DNA from: an uncultured bacterium
GTDB taxonomy: Bacteria; Bacillota_I; Bacilli_A; RFN20; CAG-826
NCBI GenBank assembly: GCA_949295325.1
Contig: CASFKG010000001.1
Location: 485,119-549,118 of the forward strand
Length of the DNA stretch: 64,000 bases
Direction: 5' to 3'
Within the stretch, counting starts at the first letter, position 1, and the number at the start of each line of letters is the position of its first letter. This document shows positions 20,213-29,566 of this stretch, one piece after another. Below the pieces are notes generated by a model, which did not search any database, had not been told where the DNA came from, and worked only from the letters and a program-made list of their open reading frames with translations. The translations under genes were made by a program, and so were the position numbers.

Positions 20213-21415
20213 ATGCGGATCTTGGTGGTCAGCCAGTATTTCTATCCAGAAAACTTCGCGATAAACGAAATGGTGTTCGATCTCCGCAAGAGGGGACACC
20301 ATGTCGAAGTGTTGACGGGCCAGCCCAATTACGGTTTCCAGGGAATACCCGAAGGTTACGAAAACGTTTTCGAACAGGAAGTAAACGGGGTACTTATCCA
20401 CCGTGTGAAGATCCATCCCCGCAAGAGTTCCTCCATGAAGGACCTTTTGCTCAACTATTACTCATTTTGGCATAACGCCAAAAAAGCCGTAAGGAAACTG
20501 AAAGGTCCCTTCGACGTCGTCTATTCGATGTCCTTCTCGCCCTTAATCGGGGTCGTAAGCGCCAACAAGGCCGCGAAACGCTTCGGTATCAAGAACGTCC
20601 TCCACGTCCTCGATCTCTGGCCGGCTTCCCCGGTCGCCGTCGGGGCGGTGAAGGAAGGTTCTCTTTTCTATAGGTTCCTCTATCGGTGGAGCCGGAGGAT
20701 ATACGAGAAGGCCGACATGCTTTTGCTTTCTTCTCCTTCCTTTGAAGACTATTTCAAAAACGTCATAAAGACCGACCGGCCGCTCATGTATCTGGCCCAG
20801 CCGGCCCTTGCGGTTTCCCCGATTGGGGAAGGGAAGATGGACGAGCAAGATTTCAACATCGTCTATTCAGGGAACATCGGGAACCTCCAATTGGTCGAAA
20901 ATCTGGTGCAGGGCCTCTCGTTATTACCAATGGGCAACAATATCCATCTCCATCTCTTCGGAGGCGGAAGCCGTTTGGCCGAAGTTAGGAAAACGGTCAT
21001 AGAAAAGGGGTTAAGCGACAAGGTGACAATATACGGACGGGTGGATACCAGGGCGGTTTCGTCCTATCAGGGCCATGCTGACGCCTTGGTCGTTTCCTTA
21101 CACGATGACGGCAGCCCCGTTTCCGAAACGTTGCCCAACAAGCTTCTTACCTCCCTTTACCATGGCAAACCCATCCTTGGCGTGATCGGGGGAGACGGAA
21201 GGAAGGTCTTAGAGGATGCGAAAGGGTCGGTCCTTTCCGAAAGCGAAAGCCCCAGCGACATTTCCAAAGCCATGGCCACTCTTTCTAGCCTAAGCAAGGA
21301 AGATAGGGAAAAGATGGGAAAGGCCAACCGGCTTTATTACGACACTCACTTCGAGTTTTCCAAACTCATGGACGAACTCGAAAACGTACTATCGAAATTT
21401 GCCAAGAAGGATTGA
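20213..21415 (+). CDS. GT4 glycosyltransferase (WbuB/Cap5L-like)
   Basis: MRILVVSQYFYPE, VLTGQPNY, DLWP, YSGNIGNLQ, PNKL. Confidence 0.88.
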   Translation: MRILVVSQYFYPENFAINEMVFDLRKRGHHVEVLTGQPNYGFQGIPEGYENVFEQEVNGVLIHRVKIHPRKSSSMKDLLLNYYSFWHNAKKAVRKLKGPFDVVYSMSFSPLIGVVSANKAAKRFGIKNVLHVLDLWPASPVAVGAVKEGSLFYRFLYRWSRRIYEKADMLLLSSPSFEDYFKNVIKTDRPLMYLAQPALAVSPIGEGKMDEQDFNIVYSGNIGNLQLVENLVQGLSLLPMGNNIHLHLFGGGSRLAEVRKTVIEKGLSDKVTIYGRVDTRAVSSYQGHADALVVSLHDDGSPVSETLPNKLLTSLYHGKPILGVIGGDGRKVLEDAKGSVLSESESPSDISKAMATLSSLSKEDREKMGKANRLYYDTHFEFSKLMDELENVLSKFAKKD

Positions 21416-22497
21416 AGCCCTTCTTTGACGTTACTCTGCCCGCATAACCTGCGGATTTTGCTTTGCCCGTAGTTTTGCTTGAGCCGGACGAAGGTTCCCT
21501 TCTTTCCGATGTGTTTCTGCAAGAAGAGCCTGATTCCTTCCTCCGAAACGTCGCCAATCCAGTTCACGTCGTCTTCGAATTTTTCTCTTAGGGGAGAACA
21601 TTGCGAAGACAAAATAGGAGGTTCTAGGGATAGGAACTGCACTAGTTTTGAAGGAACGCAGTAGGGATCGAGTTTCCTATCATAGGGCCTAGGATTGACG
21701 TTAAGGGCACTTTGACTTGCAAGGGTATGATATTCCAGGGGCGAAACCTGTTTCAGGTAATGGATCTTCCGATTGCCGTTAATGGCTTCTTCTATTTTCT
21801 TATCCGCGTGGTGTCCTACGAGTACCAGACTATAAACCGAACTTAGTTCCTTGAATGCGTTTATTAAATTCAATGCACCGAAGCGCTCGTTTAGGGCGCC
21901 TCCGTAGAAGATATAGCTTCCTTCCTCGAACTTATTTGGTTTATGCCTCGCCGATCCAAGAATTCCCGGAACGATAAGGGATGGTTTTCGCTTGTCGTTA
22001 TAGAAGTCGTTAAGTCCTTTGGTTACGGTAATGAATCCGTTTGCGTAATAGAGTAGCGACTTGATCTGATGGGAATAAAACAGCGGGGTTCCCGATATGT
22101 TGGAAGCCTTGTCCGTTATGACGGCTACCGTTTTGCAAAGATGCTTGGCCCTAAGTATCTTCGCTGCCTTCGCTGCCTTGATGTTCAGGGCATCGAAAAA
22201 TACAAGCAATTTGTCGTTTTCCGCAAATTGAAGGGCCTTTGAAACGGCTTTTTGGATAAGGGTAAGCGGATTCCTCTCGTTTTCCGATAAGTAGGACACG
22301 CTTATCACTGGCTTCTTGTAATCAATGTGGGGATTCTTCAAAAATGATATGACCAAGGTGGGTAGCAAAGAGCCGATTACCTTAGCTAGCAAAGCGTGGT
22401 AGTTTTGGCCCGATGGGTTGGTAAAAGCCTTCTTCTGGAGACTTAGGACCTCGTAGCCTTCGGGCTCGTATATATTTCCTAGATAGATCGCCTTCAT
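21346..22497 (-). CDS. Divergent GT4-like glycosyltransferase
   Basis: IFYGGALNERFG, NVNPRP...PSKL; ATGA-coupled to the upstream GT. Confidence 0.7.
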   Translation of the reverse strand: MKAIYLGNIYEPEGYEVLSLQKKAFTNPSGQNYHALLAKVIGSLLPTLVISFLKNPHIDYKKPVISVSYLSENERNPLTLIQKAVSKALQFAENDKLLVFFDALNIKAAKAAKILRAKHLCKTVAVITDKASNISGTPLFYSHQIKSLLYYANGFITVTKGLNDFYNDKRKPSLIVPGILGSARHKPNKFEEGSYIFYGGALNERFGALNLINAFKELSSVYSLVLVGHHADKKIEEAINGNRKIHYLKQVSPLEYHTLASQSALNVNPRPYDRKLDPYCVPSKLVQFLSLEPPILSSQCSPLREKFEDDVNWIGDVSEEGIRLFLQKHIGKKGTFVRLKQNYGQSKIRRLCGQSNVKEGLQSFLANFDSTFSSSSMSLENSK

Positions 22498-23576
22498 TGA
22501 ATTGCCCCCAGGATATCCAGATGGACTTTTGCCATTTCTTCGAGTGTTTGGCTACGCGCTGTCTTCAAAGCGTTTTCCCGCATTTGTTCGCTCAGTGAAT
22601 TTCCTAACGCTATTAAAAATTCCTTCTCGCTATTCACGAGATAGCCGTTGACGCCGTTGCTTATTAGTTTTCTGGCCGCATTGCTGAAGGGGGAGGCTAT
22701 GACCGGCGTTCCTTGGCTTAGCGATTCGTTAACTACGTGGCCGTAGATGTCTTCCTTGGTAAGGAAGATGCTCGCATCGGCATTGCCTAGGTACTTGAGC
22801 GTCTCCTGTTTATTTTTAAAGCCGGGGAAGTAAACATTTTCCATATGGAGTTTCTTAACTAGTTCCTTGGCTTTGTTTTCCAATTTACCGGATCCTAGGA
22901 AAACCAAGGCGTTTTCCTTTCCGGCCTTGCTGAAATAGGAGATAAGCCTAAGCGGGTTCTTGCGGCGGATGATTTGCCCGGCGGCGACATAGACGTTTTT
23001 GGCCTTTATGCCCTTTGATTCATAGAAAGTCTTTCTTTCTTCCTTGCTTATGGGCTTGGACAACACTTCCCTTTCATAGACCGTGGAATAGGGGTATAAC
23101 TTTATTCTACTTTCCTCAGCTCCATAATGGAGAAGGTAGGACCTCGAGTTGTCATCTGGACAAAGATAAAGGTCCGCTCCGGATATATAGTGTTTCTTTA
23201 TAGACTCCAAGGGGAACAGACATTTGTTTTTGGTTAGTCCCCCGTTTATGGCAAAGACGTACTTCTTCCCGTGTTTTTTCAGATAATCGATGGACTTCAT
23301 TTCCCCGAAGGTTGACCAGCCGTTTATGACTATGACGTCGTAGTCCTTTTTCAAATAGGGGATTATCCCGTTGGTGTAGGAGTTATGTGGTCCTAGGGGC
23401 AAGGCATTTAGGAAGACCGCTTTGAAATTCGTAGGCTTTTCGCTATAGAAGCCCTTTTCCCGGTCGGCTTCGCTCCCTCTTTCGAAAAGGACTTCGAGAT
23501 CGGCGCGTTTCCCGAGTTCATTAAAAAAATCGACCTTGTAGGGAGCCGGGTGGTTGAAGACCCAGAGGATTCGCAT
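22494..23576 (-). CDS. GT4 glycosyltransferase
   Basis: MRILWVFNHPAPYK, GQIIRRKN, EDIYGHVVNESLSQGTPVI (EX7E). Confidence 0.88.
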   Translation of the reverse strand: MRILWVFNHPAPYKVDFFNELGKRADLEVLFERGSEADREKGFYSEKPTNFKAVFLNALPLGPHNSYTNGIIPYLKKDYDVIVINGWSTFGEMKSIDYLKKHGKKYVFAINGGLTKNKCLFPLESIKKHYISGADLYLCPDDNSRSYLLHYGAEESRIKLYPYSTVYEREVLSKPISKEERKTFYESKGIKAKNVYVAAGQIIRRKNPLRLISYFSKAGKENALVFLGSGKLENKAKELVKKLHMENVYFPGFKNKQETLKYLGNADASIFLTKEDIYGHVVNESLSQGTPVIASPFSNAARKLISNGVNGYLVNSEKEFLIALGNSLSEQMRENALKTARSQTLEEMAKVHLDILGAIQ

Positions 23577-23638
23577 CGCCAAAAGTATAGGCATATTCAC
23601 GTGTTCCAAAAAGGGATAAGAAGGATAATATCCTTTGT

Positions 23639-24304
23639 ATGCTCAAGGATTGGGAAACGCTTTTCGATGAATTCAAAAAGACTCCGTATGCCGCAAGTCT
23701 CCATAGGTTCCTAGACGGCGAATACGGAAGCAAAACCATCTATCCCCCGCGTGACATGGTTTTCCAGGCCTTCCGGCTGACTTCCCCGAAAGACCTCAAG
23801 GTCGTTATCATAGGACAAGATCCATATCATAACCCCGGGGAAGCCATGGGTCTTTCCTTCTCGGTTCCAAGGGGACTCGATATCCCGCCTTCCCTGATGA
23901 ATATATACAAGGAAATCGAAGGCGATCTCAAAATCAAAATGAACTTCGAAAACGGGGATTTGACCCCTTGGGCCAAGCAGGGTGTTTTGCTGCTGAATGC
24001 CTATCTGACCGTGGTGGCCCACGTACCCCTTAGCCATAGACGGGAGGAGTATGACCGTTTCCTCGAAATGACCCTCGGGTACATCGATACCTTGGACCAA
24101 CCCATCGTTTTCATGCTCTGGGGTTCCTTTGCCAAGAAATACGCTTCGTTCGTGAAAAACAAAAAACACATTGTCCTAGAGGCCGTGCACCCCAGTCCCC
24201 TGTCCGCGAATAGGGGCGGATGGTTCGGCAAGCATCTCTTCAGTGTCTGCAACGCCTACTTGGTCGATAGCGGAGTGACCCCTATTGACTGGAAAATTGG
24301 CTAG
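23639..24304 (+). CDS. ung: Uracil-DNA glycosylase (family 1)
   Basis: GQDPYH, PPSL, GVLLLN, HPSPLS. Confidence 0.98.
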   Translation: MLKDWETLFDEFKKTPYAASLHRFLDGEYGSKTIYPPRDMVFQAFRLTSPKDLKVVIIGQDPYHNPGEAMGLSFSVPRGLDIPPSLMNIYKEIEGDLKIKMNFENGDLTPWAKQGVLLLNAYLTVVAHVPLSHRREEYDRFLEMTLGYIDTLDQPIVFMLWGSFAKKYASFVKNKKHIVLEAVHPSPLSANRGGWFGKHLFSVCNAYLVDSGVTPIDWKIG

Positions 24305-24308
24305 CGTA

Positions 24309-24405
24309 TTCTTTTTACGCCGGAGCTTGCCGTAGCAGGCTGAGAGGAACCATGTATCTGGCTCGACGGATTACCTGAACTGGATAATGCCAGCGGAGGA
24401 AGGAA
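24309..24405 (+). ncRNA. TPP riboswitch (translational)
   Basis: GGAGC, CTGAGA (24340-45), ACCTGA (24373-78), GGATAATGCCAGCGGAGG; anti-SD TTCCTCC 24417-23 pairs with SD GGAGGAA 24430-36; upstream of a thiamine transporter. Confidence 0.92.
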
Positions 24406-24442
24406 AATGCATCTTTTTCCTCCGGGTATGGAGGAATTTTTT

Positions 24443-25459
24443 ATGGAGAAGACCATTTCCCTTAACGTCGGGGAAAGCAAAACGGGGAAACTTGTCGCGA
24501 CCGCCGTTTCAAACGGATTAGGAATCATCGCGTTCCTGTTCCTATTCGGACCTTTGGTTTCTTCGGTTCTTAGCAATGGAACGGAAGGACTGTTGTCCAT
24601 GGTAGGTTTATTTTCCGGGGAAGGAGTCTTCTCCGTCGGGTTCCTGTTCTCCTTCCTCTTCCTGCTAGCCTCCATCGGCTTTGGAATCGGAGGGTATTTC
24701 AAGAAGGACCTCGGCACCGTCTCGATGATTCTCTATTTCCTTACGGCTTGCTTCTTCATCTGCGTTCCTTCCTTCTACGACTATGCCTTGTCGCTCAAGG
24801 GTCTTGCCGAAGGCGCGGTCGTCTCCGGTTACGGCTGGGCCCTAATCGTCGTCATCGTCCTCTGCTTTATAGCCGGATTCGGAGAGCTGATAATCGAAAA
24901 CAAAATCGACCCGCTTTCCATAAGCGAGATATCCGAGATGGCCGTTCTCATCGGTCTTGCCGTTGTACTCGACATCTATGTGTCCATCGATATCGGTCCG
25001 ACCGGCGGATCGCTTAACTTCTGCATTATCCCCCTATATTTGATTGCCTTGCGTTCGGGTCCGGCGAAAGGCTTTGTCGCCGGCGGCATCGTGTTCGGCT
25101 TTCTGACCTGCCTTACCGACGGTTACGGGTTCTATTTCTTCCCCTTCGACTACCTTATCGGGTGGGGAAGCATCGGAATAATAGGTTTCTTCCACAAGTG
25201 GATATTCGACAACAAGGGAAGCGGATATACCCTGACAGCGATAATCGCCATTTCCCTTTCCGCCTTGCTATCGACACTAGTCAGAATGCTCGGTAGCAGC
25301 GTCAGCAGCATCATCTTCTACGGCTACACCTTTTGGGAGGCCATGGCCTACAACGCGACGTATTGCCTGCCGACGATGGTACTCGGCATCGTGGTGGTGC
25401 TTGCCCTTTATCTGCCTCTCAAAACCGTCAATAACATGTATAAAGTCCGCAGGAATTAG
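24443..25459 (+). CDS. thiT: ECF thiamine transporter S component ThiT with an extra N-terminal membrane domain
   Basis: C-terminal half ISEMAVLIGLAVVLD...GGSLN...IALRSGP..GF..G...FDYLIG...YNATY; TPP riboswitch upstream. Confidence 0.8.
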   Translation: MEKTISLNVGESKTGKLVATAVSNGLGIIAFLFLFGPLVSSVLSNGTEGLLSMVGLFSGEGVFSVGFLFSFLFLLASIGFGIGGYFKKDLGTVSMILYFLTACFFICVPSFYDYALSLKGLAEGAVVSGYGWALIVVIVLCFIAGFGELIIENKIDPLSISEISEMAVLIGLAVVLDIYVSIDIGPTGGSLNFCIIPLYLIALRSGPAKGFVAGGIVFGFLTCLTDGYGFYFFPFDYLIGWGSIGIIGFFHKWIFDNKGSGYTLTAIIAISLSALLSTLVRMLGSSVSSIIFYGYTFWEAMAYNATYCLPTMVLGIVVVLALYLPLKTVNNMYKVRRN

Positions 25460-25662
25460 CAATATCTACCGTTTTCCGGGGGATTTGCGGACAAAAACAC
25501 GAAACTTACTTGATCTTCATTATTTCCACGTTATCCGCGCATAAGCCTTATTTCCTCTTTCTATTTAGCCATTACGCTATTTTGGTTCCGCAATTTTGCC
25601 TTAGGTGGAAATCCAAAATTCTTCTTTGGTAGTTTCAAATTCTAGGCTATATTGCTCTAGCA

Positions 25663-26904
25663 ATGGAAAAAGAAGAAAAGAAAATCGAAGCAGCCGCCGA
25701 GGCCGGCGAAAGCGAATTCAGCGATGCGGAGGTAGAGCAGCCTGCCGTCGAAGAGCCGGAGCCCAAGGCCGAGGAAAAGCCCGCTGAAGAAAAAACAGAA
25801 AAGCAAGAGCCAGGCAAATCCGAGAAAAAGGAACAAGTCGCCTATACCTACGATGACAGCAATTTGGCCAACATCGAAGCGGCACGCGCCGGTTTCCTCA
25901 AGAGCTATTCTTCCCTTAGGAAATGGTCTTTCTTCCCGACCATTGCCCTAATCGCCGTCATACTCGCGGCCTTCATCGTCCCGAATTCTATCCCCGGTGT
26001 CGACCCCAACGTTTCGCTATGGATATCCATAGCCGTGGTCGCGGTGGTCATCGTTGTCTTGCTGGTCCTAAGCTATTTCAAACGCAAGAAGACCAACGTA
26101 ATGATGAAGGACTACTTCAACAAGTTCTACACCTATACCGACGAGTACGTCTTCCATGGGACCGGAGTTACCAATCTCCAAGGCAACATCGATAGCAAGC
26201 TTACCCGCGAGGAATTCGAGGAGTGCGGTTTGTACAAAGACATTTTCTCGGTCGGTTCGAGGGCCTCTTTGCTCTTCAACTACGGCGGCAAGAAGTGCGG
26301 CATCGCCGACGCGGCGGCGCAGGTCAGGGGCCAGAAGTCCGCGGTTACCGTATTCGTCGGAAAGTTCTTCCGCGCCCCCAATACCTATAAGGGCGAGCCA
26401 CTCGTCATCTATCTGAAAGGCAACGACCGTGCCTTGCCTCCGACCGGGGTTGACGACATGGACGTCATTACCGAGGACAAGACCATGATCGTCCGTGGGA
26501 ACGATTTGGCAAAGAAATCCTTCACCAAGAAAATCAAAGATGCGGTCAAGGCTTTCAAGACCGACGATACCTTGGTCGACCTGACCATCAAGATCGAGGA
26601 AGGAAAAACTTTCGTTTTGCTCGGCTACGAAGATACCCTCATGATCCTTCCGATGGAAAAGCCCTTCAATCCGGGGCCGACCGCCCATTATCGTGACGAC
26701 ATGAAGAAGGTCTTCGCCTTGGTAGATACCATCGATGGCATCGGCCGCGGAAAGAAGCCGGGGGAAGAGAGCGAGGAGGAAGACGGTCCGGCTCCTACCA
26801 AAGAACCGGAAGCGGCTAAAGAAGGCACCGATGATTCAACGGCCGCGGAATCCGAGTCCAAGGGATCCGACCCCCTGCCGGGAGAAGCTCCAAAAGGGGA
26901 ATAA
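25663..26904 (+). CDS. Hypothetical membrane protein (2 TM, acidic disordered termini)
   Basis: 413-aa ORF with host-like codon usage, two hydrophobic helices, terminator downstream. Confidence 0.75.
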   Translation: MEKEEKKIEAAAEAGESEFSDAEVEQPAVEEPEPKAEEKPAEEKTEKQEPGKSEKKEQVAYTYDDSNLANIEAARAGFLKSYSSLRKWSFFPTIALIAVILAAFIVPNSIPGVDPNVSLWISIAVVAVVIVVLLVLSYFKRKKTNVMMKDYFNKFYTYTDEYVFHGTGVTNLQGNIDSKLTREEFEECGLYKDIFSVGSRASLLFNYGGKKCGIADAAAQVRGQKSAVTVFVGKFFRAPNTYKGEPLVIYLKGNDRALPPTGVDDMDVITEDKTMIVRGNDLAKKSFTKKIKDAVKAFKTDDTLVDLTIKIEEGKTFVLLGYEDTLMILPMEKPFNPGPTAHYRDDMKKVFALVDTIDGIGRGKKPGEESEEEDGPAPTKEPEAAKEGTDDSTAAESESKGSDPLPGEAPKGE

Positions 26905-26926
26905 AAAAGAACGCGACTTTTGACTT

Positions 26927-26956
26927 AAGGGGAACTCTGGTTCCCTTTTCTTTTTT
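26927..26956 (+). terminator. Intrinsic terminator
   Basis: AAGGGGAAC-TCTG-GTTCCCTTT followed by a T-run. Confidence 0.75.
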
Positions 26957-27022
26957 GCATGTCAACGGCGAAAGGGATTATTAGTTTAATTAAATGGGCA
27001 TCTTTAACTTATAATAGGCGCC

Positions 27023-27574
27023 ATGGAGAGAAAGGCCTTCCTGAACAAATGGATCACCGTCATGGCCTATAAGCACGACGGGACGGTCCATCGGCTCTGG
27101 TCTCCAGCCTATCTCGTAGGAGAAACCTATGATTACTGGGCCTTGGCCTCCAGGGCTTCATTGGTCAAGGAATCCGACGGCCGGGAGTGGATTACCAAGG
27201 AACATGCGATTTTCTATCTCTTCAAGCACGAATGGATGAATGTAATTAGCATGTTCAAGGAAAAGGGCATCTGCTTTTACGCGAACATCGCCTCCCCGGC
27301 GATAATGGACCAAGGCATAATCAAGTACATCGATTACGACCTCGACCTGAAACTGCTTCCCGACGGCAAAGAGAAGGTTTTGGACGTCGACGAGTACGCG
27401 GAAAACGCTAAAAGCTATGGCTATGACGATCGGCTCATGATGGCCATCCGCAAGTCCTTCCGCAAAACGGAAAAACTATTGGAAGCAAGGAAATTCCCCT
27501 TCGACGAAAGGGAAGTCACGCGTCTATTTTCGAAATTCGAAAAGGAGACGAGGCCAATCGTCAAAAAGTTCTGA
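27023..27574 (+). CDS. DUF402 / Ntdp-YgaC-like nucleoside di/triphosphatase
   Basis: AYKHDGTVHRLW, ESDGREW, YANIASP, YIDYDLDLK, DVDEY. Confidence 0.88.
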   Translation: MERKAFLNKWITVMAYKHDGTVHRLWSPAYLVGETYDYWALASRASLVKESDGREWITKEHAIFYLFKHEWMNVISMFKEKGICFYANIASPAIMDQGIIKYIDYDLDLKLLPDGKEKVLDVDEYAENAKSYGYDDRLMMAIRKSFRKTEKLLEARKFPFDEREVTRLFSKFEKETRPIVKKF

Positions 27575-28445
27575 ACAATTCTTTCAATACGATGTCGGCC
27601 TCCCGGAATCCGGGTGCCATTCTTTTTTTGTGATCCGGGGAGTAGGCACAGTCGCCAACCGCGTAAACGTGGTCGGAGACCCTGAAGGCGGAATCGACCT
27701 TTAATCCCACTCCGGGATCGGCTTTCTCGAACCCGAAATAATGAGGCGCTGGCATGGCCCCGAAATTGACCAGTATGTCGTCTACGTCCAGCAGTTGCTT
27801 TTCGTGTGTTTCGGTGTTTTCTATCTCGGTCTGGACTACCCTACGCCCATCGAGAATCAGCTTCGAAGGCACATAGGGGAGATGTAAAACGACGTCGCAC
27901 CCCCTAATCGTTTCCGGATTCCCCCGGAATTCCCTTCTCCTATGGATTAGGTCAACTTTCGCGTGGCCGCTCAATTCCTTGGCCCAGTCCAAGGCGGAAT
28001 CGCCCCCGCCGAAGATGGCCACGCGCTTTCCGTAGAGTGTGTTGGGCTCCTTCAAGGAATAATGGACATTGTTCGCATCGTCTCCGTCCAGTCCGAGTTT
28101 CCTTGGGACGTATCTTCCAAGCCCGGTGGCAATTATCATCGCCTTGGCGAGGTAGGTCTCCCCGTTCGTAACCGCGAAGGTTCCTTCTATTTTCAAAACC
28201 TCCGTATTTTCCTTGATTCTCTTTGGGTCGACCTTGGACAACAGACAGGCGAATATTTCCTTGGCTTTCATGGTTCCGATTTCTGAAACGTCCACGACCG
28301 GCTTTTCGGGATAAAGGGCAAGGACCTGCCCGCCGACGTTCCCGGCTTCTAACAGCAGATAGTCGGCTTTCTTTTCTTCCAACCGTCCGGCTAGGTAAAT
28401 GCCGACCGGTCCGCCGCCGATGATCAGGTAGTCGCAAACACGCAT
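27561..28445 (-). CDS. Ferredoxin-NADP+ reductase (YumC/TrxB-like)
   Basis: GGGPVG, GGQVLALYPEK, GGGDSALDW, IHRR; no CxxC. Confidence 0.85.
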   Translation of the reverse strand: MRVCDYLIIGGGPVGIYLAGRLEEKKADYLLLEAGNVGGQVLALYPEKPVVDVSEIGTMKAKEIFACLLSKVDPKRIKENTEVLKIEGTFAVTNGETYLAKAMIIATGLGRYVPRKLGLDGDDANNVHYSLKEPNTLYGKRVAIFGGGDSALDWAKELSGHAKVDLIHRRREFRGNPETIRGCDVVLHLPYVPSKLILDGRRVVQTEIENTETHEKQLLDVDDILVNFGAMPAPHYFGFEKADPGVGLKVDSAFRVSDHVYAVGDCAYSPDHKKRMAPGFREADIVLKELFRTF

Positions 28446-28456
28446 GGCTATTTTGA

Positions 28457-28474
28457 TATACCACTAGTGGTATA
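28457..28474. promoter_or_regulatory. Perfect 18-bp palindrome forming back-to-back extended -10 elements
   Basis: TATACCACTAGTGGTATA within the 39-bp gap between divergent genes. Confidence 0.6.
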
Positions 28475-28484
28475 CTTGGCAAGC

Positions 28485-28964
28485 ATGAACTCCATCTCTA
28501 AGCAAAAGTTTGAATATCGGTCAGGCTCCCCGGAAGAAACGCTGTCTCTCGGGAAAAAACTGTCCAAGTGCCTTTATCCCGGCTGTGTATTGACCCTGAT
28601 AGGCGATCTAGGGGCCGGAAAGACCCTTTTTACCTCGGGCATTGCCAAGGGACTTGGCATAGACGAGTCCATCACCTCCCCGACCTTCAATATCCTCAAG
28701 GTCTACGAGGAAGGCACCCTTTCCCTTTACCACGTCGATGCCTATCGCCTCAAGGACGGGAACAGGGACATCGGCTTGGAGGACTATATTTACGGGGATG
28801 GCATAACCGCGGTCGAGTGGCCGGAGTTCATAGAGGAACTTCTTCCCGAAGAACGGATCGCGGTTCGTATCGTCCCGGTTGACGAGAACACCCGCCTTTT
28901 CGAATTCGAAGCCGTAGGCGGAAAAAGCATCGAAGCATTGGAGAAACTAGAGGAACTACTATGA
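28485..28964 (+). CDS. tsaE: t6A biosynthesis ATPase TsaE
   Basis: GDLGAGKT, SPTF, YHVDAYRL, VEWP. Confidence 0.97.
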   Translation: MNSISKQKFEYRSGSPEETLSLGKKLSKCLYPGCVLTLIGDLGAGKTLFTSGIAKGLGIDESITSPTFNILKVYEEGTLSLYHVDAYRLKDGNRDIGLEDYIYGDGITAVEWPEFIEELLPEERIAVRIVPVDENTRLFEFEAVGGKSIEALEKLEELL

Positions 28965-29566
28965 GCTTGGGATTATTGATAGACACTTCCTTTACTACCC
29001 TCAGGGTAGGTTTGGAGGCAGACGGAAAGCTTATTGCCAAGAAGGAAGAGAAGGCCTTCCGCAAGCAAAGCGAATTGCTTGTCCCCTATATAAAGTCCTT
29101 GCTTGAACAAACGGGTTATAAAGGCAACGACATAACATTGGTCGTGGCCGGGAAGGGACCCGGTTCGTATACCGGGGTCCGTATCGGATTAACGGTGGCG
29201 AAGACCGTCGCTCTTGCGCTTAACGTGCCCCTATACCTTGTCTCGTCGCTATATCTGCTCAAGGCGGGAGACCAACCCACCGTGTGCCTCATGGATGCAC
29301 GGAACAAGAGGAGCTACATGGGTGTCTACGAAGGCGACAAGGTCATCATGGATGACGCGGCGGTCGCCAATGAAGAAGTCGCCAAAGTGCTCTCCGAGCA
29401 TCCCGAATGGAAAGTCGGGGGAGATACCGCCTATCTTGGCATCGAGCACCAAGAAGACGACGTCTTCTCGAATCTTCTCGGTGCAGTCAAAGAAAGGTAT
29501 GAGTGCGATCCCTTAAGCGCCAGGCCGAGTTATCTGAAGGAGCATTACGATGTGCCGCATCTCTAG
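28961..29566 (+). CDS. tsaB: t6A biosynthesis protein TsaB
   Basis: IDTS, GPGSYTGVRIG, MDAR. Confidence 0.96.
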   Translation: MSLGLLIDTSFTTLRVGLEADGKLIAKKEEKAFRKQSELLVPYIKSLLEQTGYKGNDITLVVAGKGPGSYTGVRIGLTVAKTVALALNVPLYLVSSLYLLKAGDQPTVCLMDARNKRSYMGVYEGDKVIMDDAAVANEEVAKVLSEHPEWKVGGDTAYLGIEHQEDDVFSNLLGAVKERYECDPLSARPSYLKEHYDVPHL

